DNA of 64,000 bases from Octopus sinensis (taxonomy: Eukaryota), in assembly GCF_006345805.1 (NCBI RefSeq), contig NC_042998.1, forward strand, positions 93,744,001 through 93,808,000, in the 5' to 3' direction. Positions within the stretch are counted from its first letter, which is position 1; each line of letters starts with the position of its first letter. A model generated the notes under the pieces. That model saw only the letters and a list, made by a program, of their open reading frames with translations, made no database searches and had not been told where the DNA came from. The translations under genes were made by a program, and so were the position numbers. This document shows positions 14,605 to 28,224 of the stretch, one piece after another.

Positions 14605-15560
14605 ATATACCAGGCCCTGTAGTATTTGTTCATTGACGGCAAGCCACAGTATAGATAGATCAGAATTGGGTCCTTAAGCCTGAGAGGTCAGAGAGGCCCG
14701 CGGGCAAAATCATCGCATTGAACCCTGTAATATTTATTCATTGACGGCAAGGCACAGTATAGATAGATCAGAATTGGGTCCTTAAGCCTGAGAGGTCAGA
14801 GAGGCCCGCGGGCAAAATCATCGCATTGAACCCTGTAATATTTATTCATTGACGGCAAGGCACAGTATAGATAGATCAGAATTGGGTCCCTAAGCCTGAG
14901 AGGTCAGAGAGGCCCGCGGGCAAAATCATCGCATTGAACCCTGTAATATTTATTCATTGACGGCAAGGCACAGTATAGATAGATCAGAATTGGGTCCTTA
15001 AGCCTGAGAGGTCAGAGAGGCCCGCGGGCAAAATCATCGCATTGAACCCTGTAATATTTATTCATTGACGGCAAGGCACAGTATAGATAGATCAGAATTG
15101 GGTCCTTAAGCCTGAGAGGTCAGAGAGGCCCGCGGGCAAAATCATCGCATTGAACCCTGTAATATTTATTCATTGACGGCAAGGCACAGTATAGATAGAT
15201 CAGAATTGGGTCCCTAAGCCTGAGAGGTCAGAGAGGCCCGCGGGCAAAATCATCGCATTGAACCCTGTAATATTTATTCATTGACGGCAAGGCACAGTAT
15301 AGATAGATCAGAATTGGGTCCTTAAGCCTGAGAGGTCAGAGAGGCCCGCGGGCAAATCATCGCATTGAACCCTGTAATATTTATTCATTGACGGCAAGCC
15401 ACAGCACGAATAGATCAGGAATTAAGTGCCTAAGCCTGAGAGAACTGCAGACAAATCAATACACTGAGCTCTATAGTATTTATTTACTGACAGCAAGCCA
15501 CAGTAGATATAGATCAGAATTGGGTCTCTGGGCTTGTGAGGCCCCTGAGAAACTATCCAA
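14605..15560. repeat. 108-bp tandem repeat: 7 near-identical units (14648-15402) plus diverged flanking units
   Basis: agtatagatagatcag recurs at 14648, 14756, 14864, 14972, 15080, 15188 and 15296. Confidence 0.97.
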
Positions 15561-15889
15561 TACACACACGTCCTAAGACGGTAGTAGGTGAAGGAAATTA
15601 AAGTCAGTTATAAATAATATACGACAGTATCAGGATTATGACATTGGCTGCACACTGACAGCTGTGTTGTATATGAAAATTCATAGGATCTCATTCACAT
15701 GACTATGTAATATGTTTCTTAATTTCATCCTCACACGTCTACCTCTATCCCGGCGTATTACACTACTACACTACTACACTACAGACAAGTCGTACCAGTT
15801 CATGTCAAATTGATAGCGATTTATTGTCAGTGTTAACAATTATTACATCAAATTTGAAAAACAACAAAGGTATTCCGTCAATGTCTGGA

Positions 15890-16270
15890 CAGCTCAGAGC
15901 TGCTTTTGATAATATCAAATACATTACTGTCAAATAAATTCACTATAGGGAAAAGAGTTCTAGAGACATACATAGAAGTCATCATTACAGACAGTTCTGT
16001 GAATTTGAACATCAACAAGCAAGTGCAAAGAAGTTTGTTAATGCTATAGATACGTGGTCCCTTGGACGAGTGCTGAAGAGATCGTATATAGATGAAGTAA
16101 CAAACGTTGAAGTCCTTGAACTAACAAAAAGCACCAGAAAACTTTATGCAAGGCTAAGTCCATTGAATACTGAAGAACAGTTTTGAATACTGAAGAACAG
16201 TTGTACAGATGGGAAAAAGAGAGAGCAGACAGAGACAGACAGAGATATAGTGGGACAAACTTTTCAACTT
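15890..16270 (+). mobile_element. Degenerate RTE-type LINE fragment (region C-terminal to RT)
   Basis: NAIDTWSLGRVLKRSYIDEVTNVEVLELTKSTRKL resembles the RTE consensus xAFEMWCxRRxLxISWxDxVTNxEVL; frameshifts and a 20-bp tandem duplication at 16163-16202. Confidence 0.6.
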
Positions 16271-17142
16271 GTTACAGAAAGATCGACCCAGTAACTTATC
16301 ATAAATTGCGTGCTGGCAGGATATGTGGTCCAAGCGATGTGCTGAGTCCTGAACAAGAAATTTCATTTCATGTTGCTTCTATCCATCCGACTGAAAACAA
16401 ATATCAGCAGCTGGATGGGATTAACCCTACAAAACTCATTTGTCCAGGATCTAGTGAGTCTTGTATTCTCAGTCGCTTAAGCGCCTCAGAAAGCGAGATA
16501 AACTCATTCTTAAAGAGCCGGCATTCTTGAAGCATACTTTAACTAAATTTTACATTTACTTACAATTACTTTGTTTAAAATGTGGAAGTAGTTTCTGAAT
16601 TATTCAGACACTATAAAACTAAATTTTTCATCTCCGAAAGGTATTGTTGTGTCTCTACTTTCATAAGCAGAGAGAAGGTTAAGCTTCGCTAGTGAGCTCA
16701 GCATAAAACCAAAATATGACTGAAGGTTGGTGCTCATGAAAATAAAAAAGAAAAAGAAATTAAATAAGGTTAATAATCTATGATTATGAATTTTGCCCTC
16801 ACTTCATATTTGTATATTTATGTTTTTTTTAATGTTACAGCGTATTAATGGCTTCTGGTGTAGGCCCAAGGCCAGTAATTTTGAAATGGTGGAGAGTTAG
16901 ACGATTACTTCGACATTATAAGGATTCTAGAAAGGGATGAAAGACAGCATTTAAACTTACAATATGACGAGCGGGCAGAAATACTGCATGCAACCTTTTT
17001 TATTCATTCATTCATTCATTCATTCCGTCAATGCTCACTCATTAAATTGGCGTACTCATAAGAATGTAGTAATTATGTCCCTTAGACGTTTTTTTAAAGT
17101 TACCTCCCTTGTATAAAGTTTTAAGGGTAATACAATTAATTT

Positions 17143-17824
17143 ACTGTTGTGTCTGGGGAAAGTCATTCTCTTTTAGCACCTTATAATTTGATACACTCAC
17201 TAGTAAAATTTCCACTTATTTCCTTCTTTATTTTGTTAAAATTTTCGTTGCGCCTTGCAACCTTTTCAGTAGTTTTGACTCTAGTTTTGAAAAGGTTGCT
17301 AGACGCAACGAAAATTTTAGAAAAATAAAGGAAATAAGTGGAAATTTTACTGGTGGGTGTGTTAAGTTATAAGGCGCTAAAAGAGAATGACTCTCCCCAG
17401 ACACAACAGTATATGCTTCAACACACAAACTCACATAAAGAATCTTGCAATGAAACAATAAATTTACTGCGTTTTTATATCTAGTTTGCAAGAGTCTTTA
17501 TGTGAATTCGGGTTTTGAAGCAAATTTTGCTGTGTCTGGGGAGAATCATTTTGTCTTTTCGCCCTATTAACAAACACACTCACCGGTTCGATTTCCATTC
17601 AATTAACACATATATTTATCTTTTCTCTTCCAGAGTTTTCGTTGCTTCTTACAACCTTCTCAACAGTTATTGACTCTCAACATCTATTGAGAAGGTTGCT
17701 TGCAAGAAGCAGCGAAAATTCTGAAAGAGAAAAATGAATATATAAATAAATTGAATGGAAATCGAACCGGTGAGTTTGTTAGTTAATAAGGCATAAAGAC
17801 AAAATGACTCTCCCCAAACACTGC
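17143..17824. repeat. Two adjacent, related fold-back palindromes (17143-17410 and 17529-17824)
   Basis: Each begins tgtgtctgggga..tcatt and ends aatgactctcccca.aca; arms over 120 bp with short loops. Confidence 0.9.
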
Positions 17825-17966
17825 ACAAAAATTTAGACTAGATGAATCATCTATTTCATAACAAAAATCACTTGCGAACGCACGACAGTGTCAAATTCCT
17901 GGTGTCGTTCAGAATTTTTCCGCTTGAATAACAACAGCGAAGCAAATTAATATCAATTTAAAAGTA

Positions 17967-19238
17967 TTGGGTCATTCCATAAATAATGCGGTATTTTATA
18001 CTTCTTTTATTTTTCAAAATTAAGATAAACAAAATTCTTTTTTAATCTACAATAAGCTCTCCTTCATTTTCTGCTATGTTCTTCCATCTATCTGGTAAAG
18101 TTGCAAAGACCCTCTTCCAAAATTCACTTGTCCGTGACGAAAAATACTCCGCCAATACTGTTCTGACCTTGTCTACAGAATTCAACTGATTTTGAAGACT
18201 GCAGAATAAATGATAATCAGATGGAGCAATGTCAGACGAATGTGATTGGTGGGGCATCGTTTCCCATTCAAACTGCTCCAGCCTTTGGAATGTCTTCTGC
18301 GCTGTATGTGTCCGAGCATTATCCTGATGGAAGAACACCTTTCGTCTTGAAACCAAAGAGGATCGTTTTTCTTCTAGCGCCGACTTAAGCCGCTGAAGCT
18401 GCTCGCAGTAAATCTCCTTTGTTATCGTTTGGTTTGGGTTTAAAAGTTCAGAGTGGACTAAACTTTTCATATCCAACCAAACAGATAACAACACCTTACG
18501 TGGTGAAGACCTTCTTTAGCCTGGGGTGTCGGTGTTTCTCCTTTCCCTACCCACTGTCTTCAGCGCTGACATTTTTATAGAGAGCCTATTTCTCGTCATC
18601 AGTCACTATTCGGTTCGAAAAAAAGGTTCATTCGCGAGACGTGACAGTAAAGAAGAGTACACATTCACTCTCTGCGCGCGATTAGACTCGAAAAGTCTGT
18701 GAGGAACCCATTGACCCAATTTGCTAACTTTTTCGATAGCACACAGGCGTCGACGAATAGTTGAATAACCAAATCCAAGTTTCTCAGCTAGTTCCTCGAC
18801 AGTTACGATGAGATTTTATTCCACCAGGGTTTGCAGGACGTCCTTGTCGTGCTCTACAGATCTTCCAGGATGAGGTTCGTCTTCTAGGCTGTAGTTTCCG
18901 GTTCGGAATATCTGGAACCACCGTTGACACTGGTTTACACTTATTGTCCAATCCCCATATACTGCATTAATATTCCTTGCACTTTCCATTGCGTTGTTGT
19001 CTTTACTGAACTGGTAAAGCAAAATATGCTGAATATGCTACTTTTTCATTTCCATTATAGCTTTGAAAAAATAATAGTTAAAATCGAACTGCACTCTTCA
19101 AAACTTGCACTAAGAATAAGTACAAGGTAAAATTACTACCTGCTTTTATAGCAAGTTGATGCAGGTAGCTTATCCCGTCCCCCTCCGACTTTTAGTTCAT
19201 GCAATTAAAAGAACTGCATTATTTATGGGATGACCCAA
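17967..19238 (-). mobile_element. Full-length defective mariner transposon
   Basis: 26-bp TIRs TTGGGTCATYCCATAAATAATGCRGT, TA duplication at both ends, 1272 bp; transposase pieces (HQDNARTH...SDIAPSDYHLF) broken by stops and frameshifts. Confidence 0.95.
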
Positions 19239-19419
19239 TATATATAATGTTGGTGTGCTTATATCCATTTATCCAATATCCAAAAATAAAAATGGAAGAA
19301 GAGAAACAAGGAAAGAAAAAGAAAGAAAAAAGAAAAAAGAGAGAAAAAAGAAAAACAGAAAAGAAAGAAAAAGGGGAAAACGTCAATGGAACACCAAGTA
19401 CCTCAATTGGTCGCGCAAC

Positions 19420-20700
19420 ACAAGGTTCAACGGAACCTACTGTAACAAGCCAACACACTCGTGGCATTACCACGGGCGATGGCGAGGTTAAGGCATTGGA
19501 ACAGCCAAGCACCCTCACGGACATCACTTGATATCTCGGAATGGTGAGCTGCCAACGATGCAAAGAACTTCGCTGTTAGCGGCCCATTCCCTCGAAACAT
19601 CTCAAACGCCTGGAAGAGATAATTCACAGATAGGTCCCGATACTTCAGGAGTTTGTTCCGTTCAGCTACGGAGCAGTGACCTTCCCATTTACCGTAGCAT
19701 CCAGGAGGTGGGAGGGACAAAAAGGGTTCACAGAGTGTTACATCCCGGATAGGGCACCTACTTTTTGCTCAGGAGCAAAGGGTAAGACCATCTGGTCTCT
19801 TCCCATCACTTTTGGATAATCCCGTCAGCTCCAGAACTGAGGAAATATTAACCCGAGCCAGGGACCGCTTAATGATTAAGTTGAACTTGGTGTGACGAGC
19901 GAAACGACCAGCATTAAGGCGGCAGCCAGATCGTAAAGGCCTGTGGAACCGTGGGGCCTACTACAGTGACATCTCAGTCCCCTATTGAGTGTAGTGGAGA
20001 TGCAGAGCTCATCAAAGCTGTGTAGACCACCAATGTTGGCCACAGGCAGGGCATTAATCAAGTCCCCCGTGAATTTTGCACTTTCAGAAAGTAGGCGACG
20101 CCTTGAAAATTGATCGAAGAGAGAGTTGAAAGTGGCACTTGAGCGCAGATTGTCCCATACTCTATGCTTCCGTCTATCCTCGCCTGTAACAGGAACTGAC
20201 ATACCTGGCTCTCTTCACTGTAACGGACCTATCTCCCTGTTGGAACTAGTCCATGTTGGAGAGGAAATAAAACAGGGAAGAGACAGAGACGAGCACTTGT
20301 GCAGACCTAGATTCCCAAACCATTTGGACAAAGCAGCCTGGTCGCAGGACTCTGGGAAGAGTCTGACATTGACCAAGCATTAAAGTTTCCTAAAGATTTG
20401 GCCGTCAAAGCATTGGAGAGACGACGAGTATCTATAAGAGGGACTAACTCTGAGAAAATACAATAACTTAGGAATCGACAACTAATACCTAAGTATAAAA
20501 AAAACCTTGACGGGCTCAATTACCTCAAGTTTTTTTAAAAGTTGCTCAAGGTTAGCCATACTGGATTGAAAGATGATCTTGAAAGCTTGGTTTGAAATTG
20601 GGACTTCAAGAGCGCAAGCACCATGATGATGGAGGAAGCGCGATATAGGGAAGAAGTCTGTAAACAGCTTTACAGTCTGCTGATGTGAAGATGGATGGTT
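19420..20700 (-). mobile_element. CRE-clade RLE non-LTR retrotransposon, degenerate 3' portion
   Basis: KYRDLSVNYLFQAFE...GPLTAKF...REGAWLFQCLNLAIARGNATSVL is typical of CRE-like endonuclease C-termini; an RPDGLTL-like motif lies near 19790. Confidence 0.75.
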
Positions 20701-21937
20701 GAGGAGCCAAAGCTCACATTTGGAACTGTTAACACTAAAGCCCCTTCAACCAAATTCCTCAATCATCGTCCTCGCAATTGCAAGGACCTTGACAAATTTA
20801 ATTTTTTATATTTTGTTATTGGTCATTTTATGTAATACTTATAATCTGAATATTGAAACTATTGAATTGATGGGTGATAGAATCCTTAGTCTGTCGGATA
20901 AAATATATTTAGTTGTTATCCAAATTTAACCCCGGGTTAGTCCTGATCGAGTGGACAATAATCAAAAGCATTCCAAGTGTAACCAACGCGTATATTTTAT
21001 TAGGACCACCTTATCCAATCCAATGCATTTTTCCTTTTTTAATATAAGAGGGTATGATATGAAAGCGATTTTTTTCTGCTTGCTGCTGGTCAATCGATTT
21101 TGTACTTAAGTATGTTTCTTGATATTCCAAGTTCTCATCCGATTGAGGAAGTTAATAAAGTACGTATCAGTCAAACACTGGGATATATTTAATTGACTGT
21201 TTCTCCCACGGAAATTTATGACCGTATTTCAGTGTTAAAAATCGCTACTAAAACTTCAACATTCTATTCAGTAGTTTATTCATACAGTCAAACCTGAAGT
21301 TAAATAGAATTTCACTCGATCCTTTTTCTAGAAAATAAGTGTGTTTTTGAGTGGTGGTGGCGGTGGTGGTAGGGCGATGTAAAAAGACGGTATGTCTAAT
21401 TCAAGTTTAATAGTAGTTCCAGAATTGCAATGGGTAAATACTAGTTACCTATCAGAAGTTGTGTTTATTGTTTTAAGGAACCTAATTTCCATTTCCTGTC
21501 TTTTTATTCTGAGTATTTAGTTCAAAATCAAGACAAATATGTCTTAGTTCTGACAAAATTTCTTGGGAATTGTATTTGATTATAAAGGAAGATTTTTTTT
21601 TTTTACCTCAGGGTGAAACAGTAATAATAATGTAACAAGGGGAGTAAATCTCAAGAGGTTTACTGCATTTAATGTCAATTACTTCCCTTTAACAACATTT
21701 TTTTCCCGCCCGCTTTATCACTTTCTTAATTATTGATTATTCCTTATTTATAGTCGTCTGACGATTCAACAATAAAAGCATCCTGTTGACATGTGTAAAT
21801 CCGTTGCACTGCGTAAACTTGTTTGACAGGTTCCATATGTCATTTGCTTGGAAACCATTCAGACTGAGAATGTTTGGTTTCAAAAACATTTAGCATCTGA
21901 TCAATAACTAACGGTCAGGAGCCAAATATTTCCCTAA

Positions 21938-22001
<64 letters not shown>

Positions 22002-22003
<2 letters not shown>

Positions 22004-22175
22004 GGCGTTGAGCTGGCAGAATAGTTAGCACGTCGGACGAAATGCTTAGCGGTATACCGTGTGTCGTTACGTTCTAAGTTTAAATTCTGCTGATGTTGAC
22101 TTTGCTGAGCACTGGGGTCGATGTAATCGACTTAATCCTTTCCCCCAAAGTTGAAGGCTTGTGCTTCCAGTAGAA
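22002..22175 (+). mobile_element. S1 SINE, internally deleted, between (TAT)n tracts
   Basis: Head ggcgttgagctggcagaatagttagcacg matches other S1 copies. Confidence 0.75.
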
Positions 22176-22182
22176 AGGATTA

Positions 22183-22283
<101 letters not shown>

Positions 22284-24095
22284 ATTGAGTGAGAGAGCAG
22301 CGCATACCATCAAAGTGACACTGGGGTAAAATACACGAAGCCCAGTATACCCATCATGACGAGCCGTTTGATAAGGGTACACCAGGCACATGCATCACAA
22401 CCAAATGTGCGCGACATGGGGATCTCATATCAAGATAAACAGCGCATGACCTTGCAAGTGTAAGAATTTTCTTCTGGTCAAGTAGCCCATCCCGCTCAAA
22501 AGGTCTCTGAATAAGGGTTGTTTAAGAATGTTGAACGAACCACCTATGTTTACAAATGTGAATTATCCAAACCTCCAAGAATTCCATTCAACACATGGCT
22601 ATGATGCTCCCCCACTACTTCTCATCGTGGTCAGAGATGTACATATCGTCAGCCACTAAAGGACATGGTCCTGTATATATATATATATATTAATGTTTTG
22701 ACGTATGTTCGTACGTATGTATGTATGTATGTATGTATGTATTTATGTATGTATGTTTTATGTATGTATGTACGTATTATCATGCATATAGTTACATATC
22801 TAGACATGCTCATATATATTTAAATGATAAACTTCTGTAATGCATGTATATATGTATGTATACACATACATATAGTAAACATAAATAGGATTTTTGTTAA
22901 AAGTAAATATCGTTTTATTTTTACACAATATCGTTGAATGGCCTCCTCACATCATTGCCCAAAGCACAGAATTCTTTCTTTCAGATTCTCCCTTTCATTG
23001 TATTGTTTACATAGTTCTCTCCCTTCCACTCACTCACTGCTTCTTATAATTTTACAATTAATTCTGGTTGTTGCTATGAACAACATAAGTAACCCACTAA
23101 AATTACATATAATGTTAATTCGGTTATGTCTTATCACCTACAACAATTTATTCAATCGTAACACATTTTCTTCCTTTATTTACTCAATACCGACTGAATT
23201 TATTAAACTAACAGAAAAAAAAACCGTCAATACTAAGGATATAAACGAGACTCACAACACAACACATTTATTACACATTCTGTAGAAGATATAAATACCT
23301 GTAGATATGTAATACCAGCGCGCTTTTTAAGGTAGTTTAAATCACAGGAGTACATTACAAATTAACAGTATTATTAACTGTATTGTTACAAGCTGGTCTT
23401 CATACTATAGTATGAATTTTGAATTTTCGATTGATTGGTCATCTCAATTTTGAAAAACAAAATGTAAATACTGAAATCATTCTAACACACACACATATAA
23501 TTATTCTTTGGAACATTGGATCTTGAAGCATATAAATTAACAACGTGAAAGCATATGAAAACATATAAACTAATAGCGTGAAAATATTTGGTTAAAAAAT
23601 ATTGGGTGAAAATTTTGGTTTAAAGAAAACGACGAAGGTTGCCCGTGGGACAACCAGCCACGATGAACAGACAATAACATTCATATATAAAATATTACAC
23701 AAATAAACTGCATCAGATCGATCATATGCAATATCAATGGAGAAATTTTTATCAAGAATGAAAAAAAAATATGGCATGCGAATTTAGTACTTTAAAGAAA
23801 ACCTGGTTCTTACACCAAAGAAGTAGATCTCTTCGCAAACCCGGTTTACAATTCGAGATTAGATGTGTTCTTTTATATCTGTTACTACAGTATGGGACAT
23901 ATCCTAAAGTCAGCGGTAAGTCACTACATACTATGTATTGTGTGCTTCTTGTTGTTGCTGTTGTTGTTTTGTCCCTGGTCAGCTTTGGCGGCAGAAAACA
24001 ATGATCAGGGATTCCAGCCATGACCATCACGTCTTTCCAAGAGTACTACCTTGGAACATATTGTTCATTTTATCCAGGTGGGACACGTTATCCAG

Positions 24096-24171
<76 letters not shown>

Positions 24172-24357
24172 TCTCTTTCATGATGGTAGCGTGTAATTTG
24201 AGATTTGGCTATTATTTCTAGAAGGTCGTGGTTGTAAATGTGTGCATCGTGTTTTCTTTTTTAACAATATTTTAATTGTTTAGTGATTTCGCTTGTCGTG
24301 TGTATGAATGAATAAATGAATGAAGGTGTGAACGACACATGTGTGTATTAGTGCGCG

Positions 24358-24402
<45 letters not shown>

Positions 24403-24645
24403 AAGTGCGTGTGTGTGGGTTTTAAAAGAAGGTGACGAACCAACAGGCAGAGATTGCTTGCTTGCTTGATGGATAGATGAATGGATGGTTGTGTGAGGGA
24501 CGGACGGACGGATGGATGGATGGATGGAAGAATGAATGGATAGATGAATGGATCAATGGATTAATAAGTAGGTAGATTGGTAGGTAGGTATGTAGGTAGG
24601 TAGGTAGGTAGGTAGGTAGGTAGGCAGGTAGGTAACCAGCACCCT

Positions 24646-24691
<46 letters not shown>

Positions 24692-24989
24692 TGTTTTATA
24701 CACTATCATAAATCCGCTATGATTATTACCCGGAAAGTAAATATATCTTCGTGCAGTGAACATCCAGAAGCTGCTGGTCCTTTTTCAAAAAAAAATTTTT
24801 TTAAGGGATCTCTATTAATATGGAAGAATGTCCACACAACACAATGATGGCTTTATGAGAAGTATTTCTTTCTACTAAAAAAAAAAAAAAATTATAAGCA
24901 CGGTGGTCAATTCGGTCGAAAGCAGTGTTGTTGCCTTTAACATCGCTAAATCGTCTGTGTCAAATACGCGAATCTCCTGATAAAACTGC

Positions 24990-26110
24990 GTATGGAGTCC
25001 ATCCTTTGCATGTCACTTGGATCACACTACATGAGAGTGTACTAAAAGGACTTCCTCTGATCCACAAACAATCAAGTTTGACGTTCCCAAGGGTTCGGTT
25101 ATGTTCCCTATATTTTCTTTCTTATATATCAACAGCCTCCTTGCTATCACATCCAACAATTTCCATTTCTACGCAGATGATACACTTTTCATTCCTCCCA
25201 AACCTTCTACGTTTAAGCATCATTCACATGTAACTTACACACGCTGCATTAAATCTGCCTTGGCTCCATGAAAAGAGAGCTCAAAAGCATATTCCATTGT
25301 GGTCACGCCTATCTTGTTTCCTCCAACATTAAAAGACAAAATCACATCAAACAACAACAACAAAACATTTTTACCCCCTAATTTTCCTAAACATAAATAA
25401 TACTTAGCTATATGATAAGCCTTGAGGTTACTACAAATATTGGGCATTACTATCACAGAAAATATTCTTGACGAACACATACTCAACATAGCAAAGAGTA
25501 CATCTGAAAGATAGGCCTTCCTCTTCAAAGCCACAAAATACGACAGCCCTCAACAACTAGTTGTTGTTTGTTCCTTTTCGAGCCACGCCTGGCTCATAAG
25601 GGCCGGTTTCCCGGTTTCCTCGCCGGTCCGTCGCAGGTGAGTTGCAAGATGCAGGAGTGAGAGAAAGTTGTGGCGAAAGAGTCAGCAGAAATTCGCCATT
25701 GCCTTCTGCTGGAGCCGCGTGGAGCTTAGGTATTTCGCTCATAAACACACACATCGCCCGGTCTGAGATTCGAAACTGCGATCCCTCTGCTCTAACCATT
25801 AGGCCATGTGCCTCCACTTCAACAACTAGCAACTCATTATAAAAGTAGAGTGAAACCAATAATAGTATACTTGTTTTCAAAGTAGGACTGTGCTACTGCT
25901 GCCAGATGCAATGGTTATCCAACTACTTGGTATCAAATCTCTTACGAATACAATCCTACTTCTAGCCCTCACGTGTACTGCTCATCACACTGTGTTCATC
26001 TACACCACATCAGACAATTTGTACCAATTCCTACAGTTCTTCCTCTCCAAAACATCCATCCTCCGGAATTCTTTCCTGATGCAATTTTTCCTACATCCAT
26101 TGATTTGAAG
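24990..26110 (+). mobile_element. Degenerate CR1/L2-type LINE RT fragment interrupted by a SINE
   Basis: VPxGSV/LFLxYIN-like and YADDT (tacgcagatgataca) remnants; ILGITIT...HILNIAK. Confidence 0.6.
25561..25818 (-). mobile_element. tRNA-derived SINE with an 11-bp TSD
   Basis: TSD tcaacaactag at 25550-25560 and 25819-25829; A-box TGGCCTAATGG and B-box-like TTTCGAATC on the minus strand; (ACA)n tail. Confidence 0.85.
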
Positions 26111-26579
26111 ATCACATAGATTTATTCAAGGCCCACGTTAACCCCATTGATCTGACCGATCCTAGAGAAGACTGCAAAATGTGTGGATACGGACTCACCC
26201 CACTCAATCAAACCAATCAAATAAAGCTAAAAAAAAAATATAACCTAGGAGGCCTGCAAATATGCAGCTCTTCCTGCGGATTATGCGAGTACGAAAGTGT
26301 TTCAGTAACCAGCTGATTTCTTGAGAATTGACATGTTCTACTCTGATTACACTTAGTAGCAAATATACCCAGACCCCTGACACGGAGAGAGATTAGTAGG
26401 TTACTGCTATTAAGCTATCTTCGCTCATAAATCTCACATAATTAAATCCATTAATCACCTACTAAAATCTTATATAGTCCACTCGTAGCTGTTCTCCAGC
26501 TGTACAAGCAAAAGGTATTGTCTATCACACCTGGTGGTCACTGAGCGTCACAAGAATTTCACTTATGAACTAATACCTA

Positions 26580-27483
26580 GGAGGTGGTATCAAAAGGTTC
26601 CCGGACTAGTTATATTCAGTTTTAAAAAATGACTTATTTACTTAAGTTTTAACATCGTCTACAAAATGCCTTGCGCAGCAATGCACCATTTCCAGCGTTT
26701 CCGCCACTTTTGGAATCCGGTCTAGAAGTCGTTTTCCGTAAGGGGGTCGAGGACCTTCTGCAACTCGCTCTGGATCTCGACAGCGGTGTTAAAATGGCGA
26801 CCTTTGAGCTGCATTTTCATCAGAAAAGAGACAGAAGTTCGCAGGTGCACAATCTGGTGAATAGGACGGGTGCGGAAGTGATACCATGTTGTTTTTCACG
26901 AGAAACTCACGGGTGAAGCGAGCTCCATGAAGAATCAATTTCTTCGTGCTCCACAGATCCGGACGCTTTCTCCGAATGTCCTCCCTCAAATGCTTTAAAA
27001 CGTCGCAGTAGAACTCTCAATTGACGGTCTGGCCTTGTGGGGGGGGGCGAATTCTCGATGTACAATACCACATTTCCAGGGGTGACACTCGTGGCAGTCT
27101 TCCAGATCGCTCATCGCCTTCCAGTGACGTTCTACCGCTTTTGAAGTGCCTGTACCACTCGAAACATTGTGTACGACCCATTACTTCTTTGCCATAAGCA
27201 TGCCGAAGCATGCTTAATGTCTCTGTAGCAGACTTCCCAAGTTTAGCACAAAATTTCACGTTGGCTCTTTGTTCCAACTCCCTGCACATGACAAAATCGC
27301 AGACTACAGCATGCACGTGATCATAAAAGCACAAGTTTCACCACTTGCGAAGTAAACACAGCAATTTCACTCAGCACACTGCTTCATGAAAATCACTGTT
27401 ATCTCTCACAGCGCACGCATGCGTGTGCTGCCATCTGTTAGCCTGCTACAGATCTAGTCCGAGAACTTTCTGACACCACCTTG
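26580..27483 (-). mobile_element. Internally deleted mariner transposon
   Basis: TIRs aggtggtatcaaaaggttcccggactag and ctagtccgagaactttctgacaccacct; EQRANVKFCAKLGKSATET...FKSGRTSLEGDERSGR and HPSYSPDCAPANF. Confidence 0.9.
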
Positions 27484-28224
27484 TATAAAACAGTTATCAG
27501 AAAAACAAAACATACTTTGCTGCATCTCACAGACTGCAGCTTTGTTGCCTCTAAATTTTATAAATATTTTCACGAACCAACAAACATTCTAGTGCATGGT
27601 GACTCCACATTCTAAAAATAGTAACCACATATCCCTAACATCATACGCTACCGACTTGAAAAGTAGGACGTTGAGTAACGTATTCACGGGTTTCCATTTG
27701 GTAGGTGTGGTCGATCAGAGGTGACCCAGGGCTAAGCAACAGCTAACTGTTTACAAACATGTTGCTCTTGTTCATTTCTAAACCAAGTCTTTACCAAATC
27801 ATTCTGCTACCCTCCATTCCTGTCTAACCATGATACCACGCTTCATTTCTCCTTAGCCTTTGCCCACATCAGATTAGTTGATTGTTGATTAATCAAAGAA
27901 CTTAACTCCATCCGATTTCTATATTATCAACCTCTTCCCTCGCTAACCCTCCAGTTCTTCAAGCCAACAAAATAGTCGGGATTGATTCCATGGCGACTAT
28001 ATTCCCGATTCCCAAATTTAAAATGGCTCGTCTGTAAAATGAATCTCTTCATTTGCAAAATGAATCTCTTCTAAGTTTTTTCTTCTTCTTCCCTGATACT
28101 ATTCAACTAAGATGTCCCTGAAAGTAACCAACATATCTGCTAAAACAATACGAAGCGCATTGTGACCAGCGATGTGTAGCAACATCTGATAGCCTGGTCG
28201 GTCACGGTGATATATATATACATA

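Noticed and set aside
14648-15402. CRISPR array, coding repeat or hammerhead in the 108-bp tandem
   Set aside because: No unique spacers, stops in all six frames, and CTGAGAG does not match CUGAnGA; eukaryotic context.
16183-16530. 115-aa ORF as a host gene
   Set aside because: Overlaps a frameshifted RTE LINE relic and starts in a 20-bp duplication; no recognisable domain.
23933-24004. Signal-peptide-like MYCVLLVVAVVVLSLVS as first exon of the receptor gene
   Set aside because: Hydrophobicity comes from a (GTT)n tract at the edge of an interspersed repeat (related sequence near 20930); hits a stop with no strong donor.
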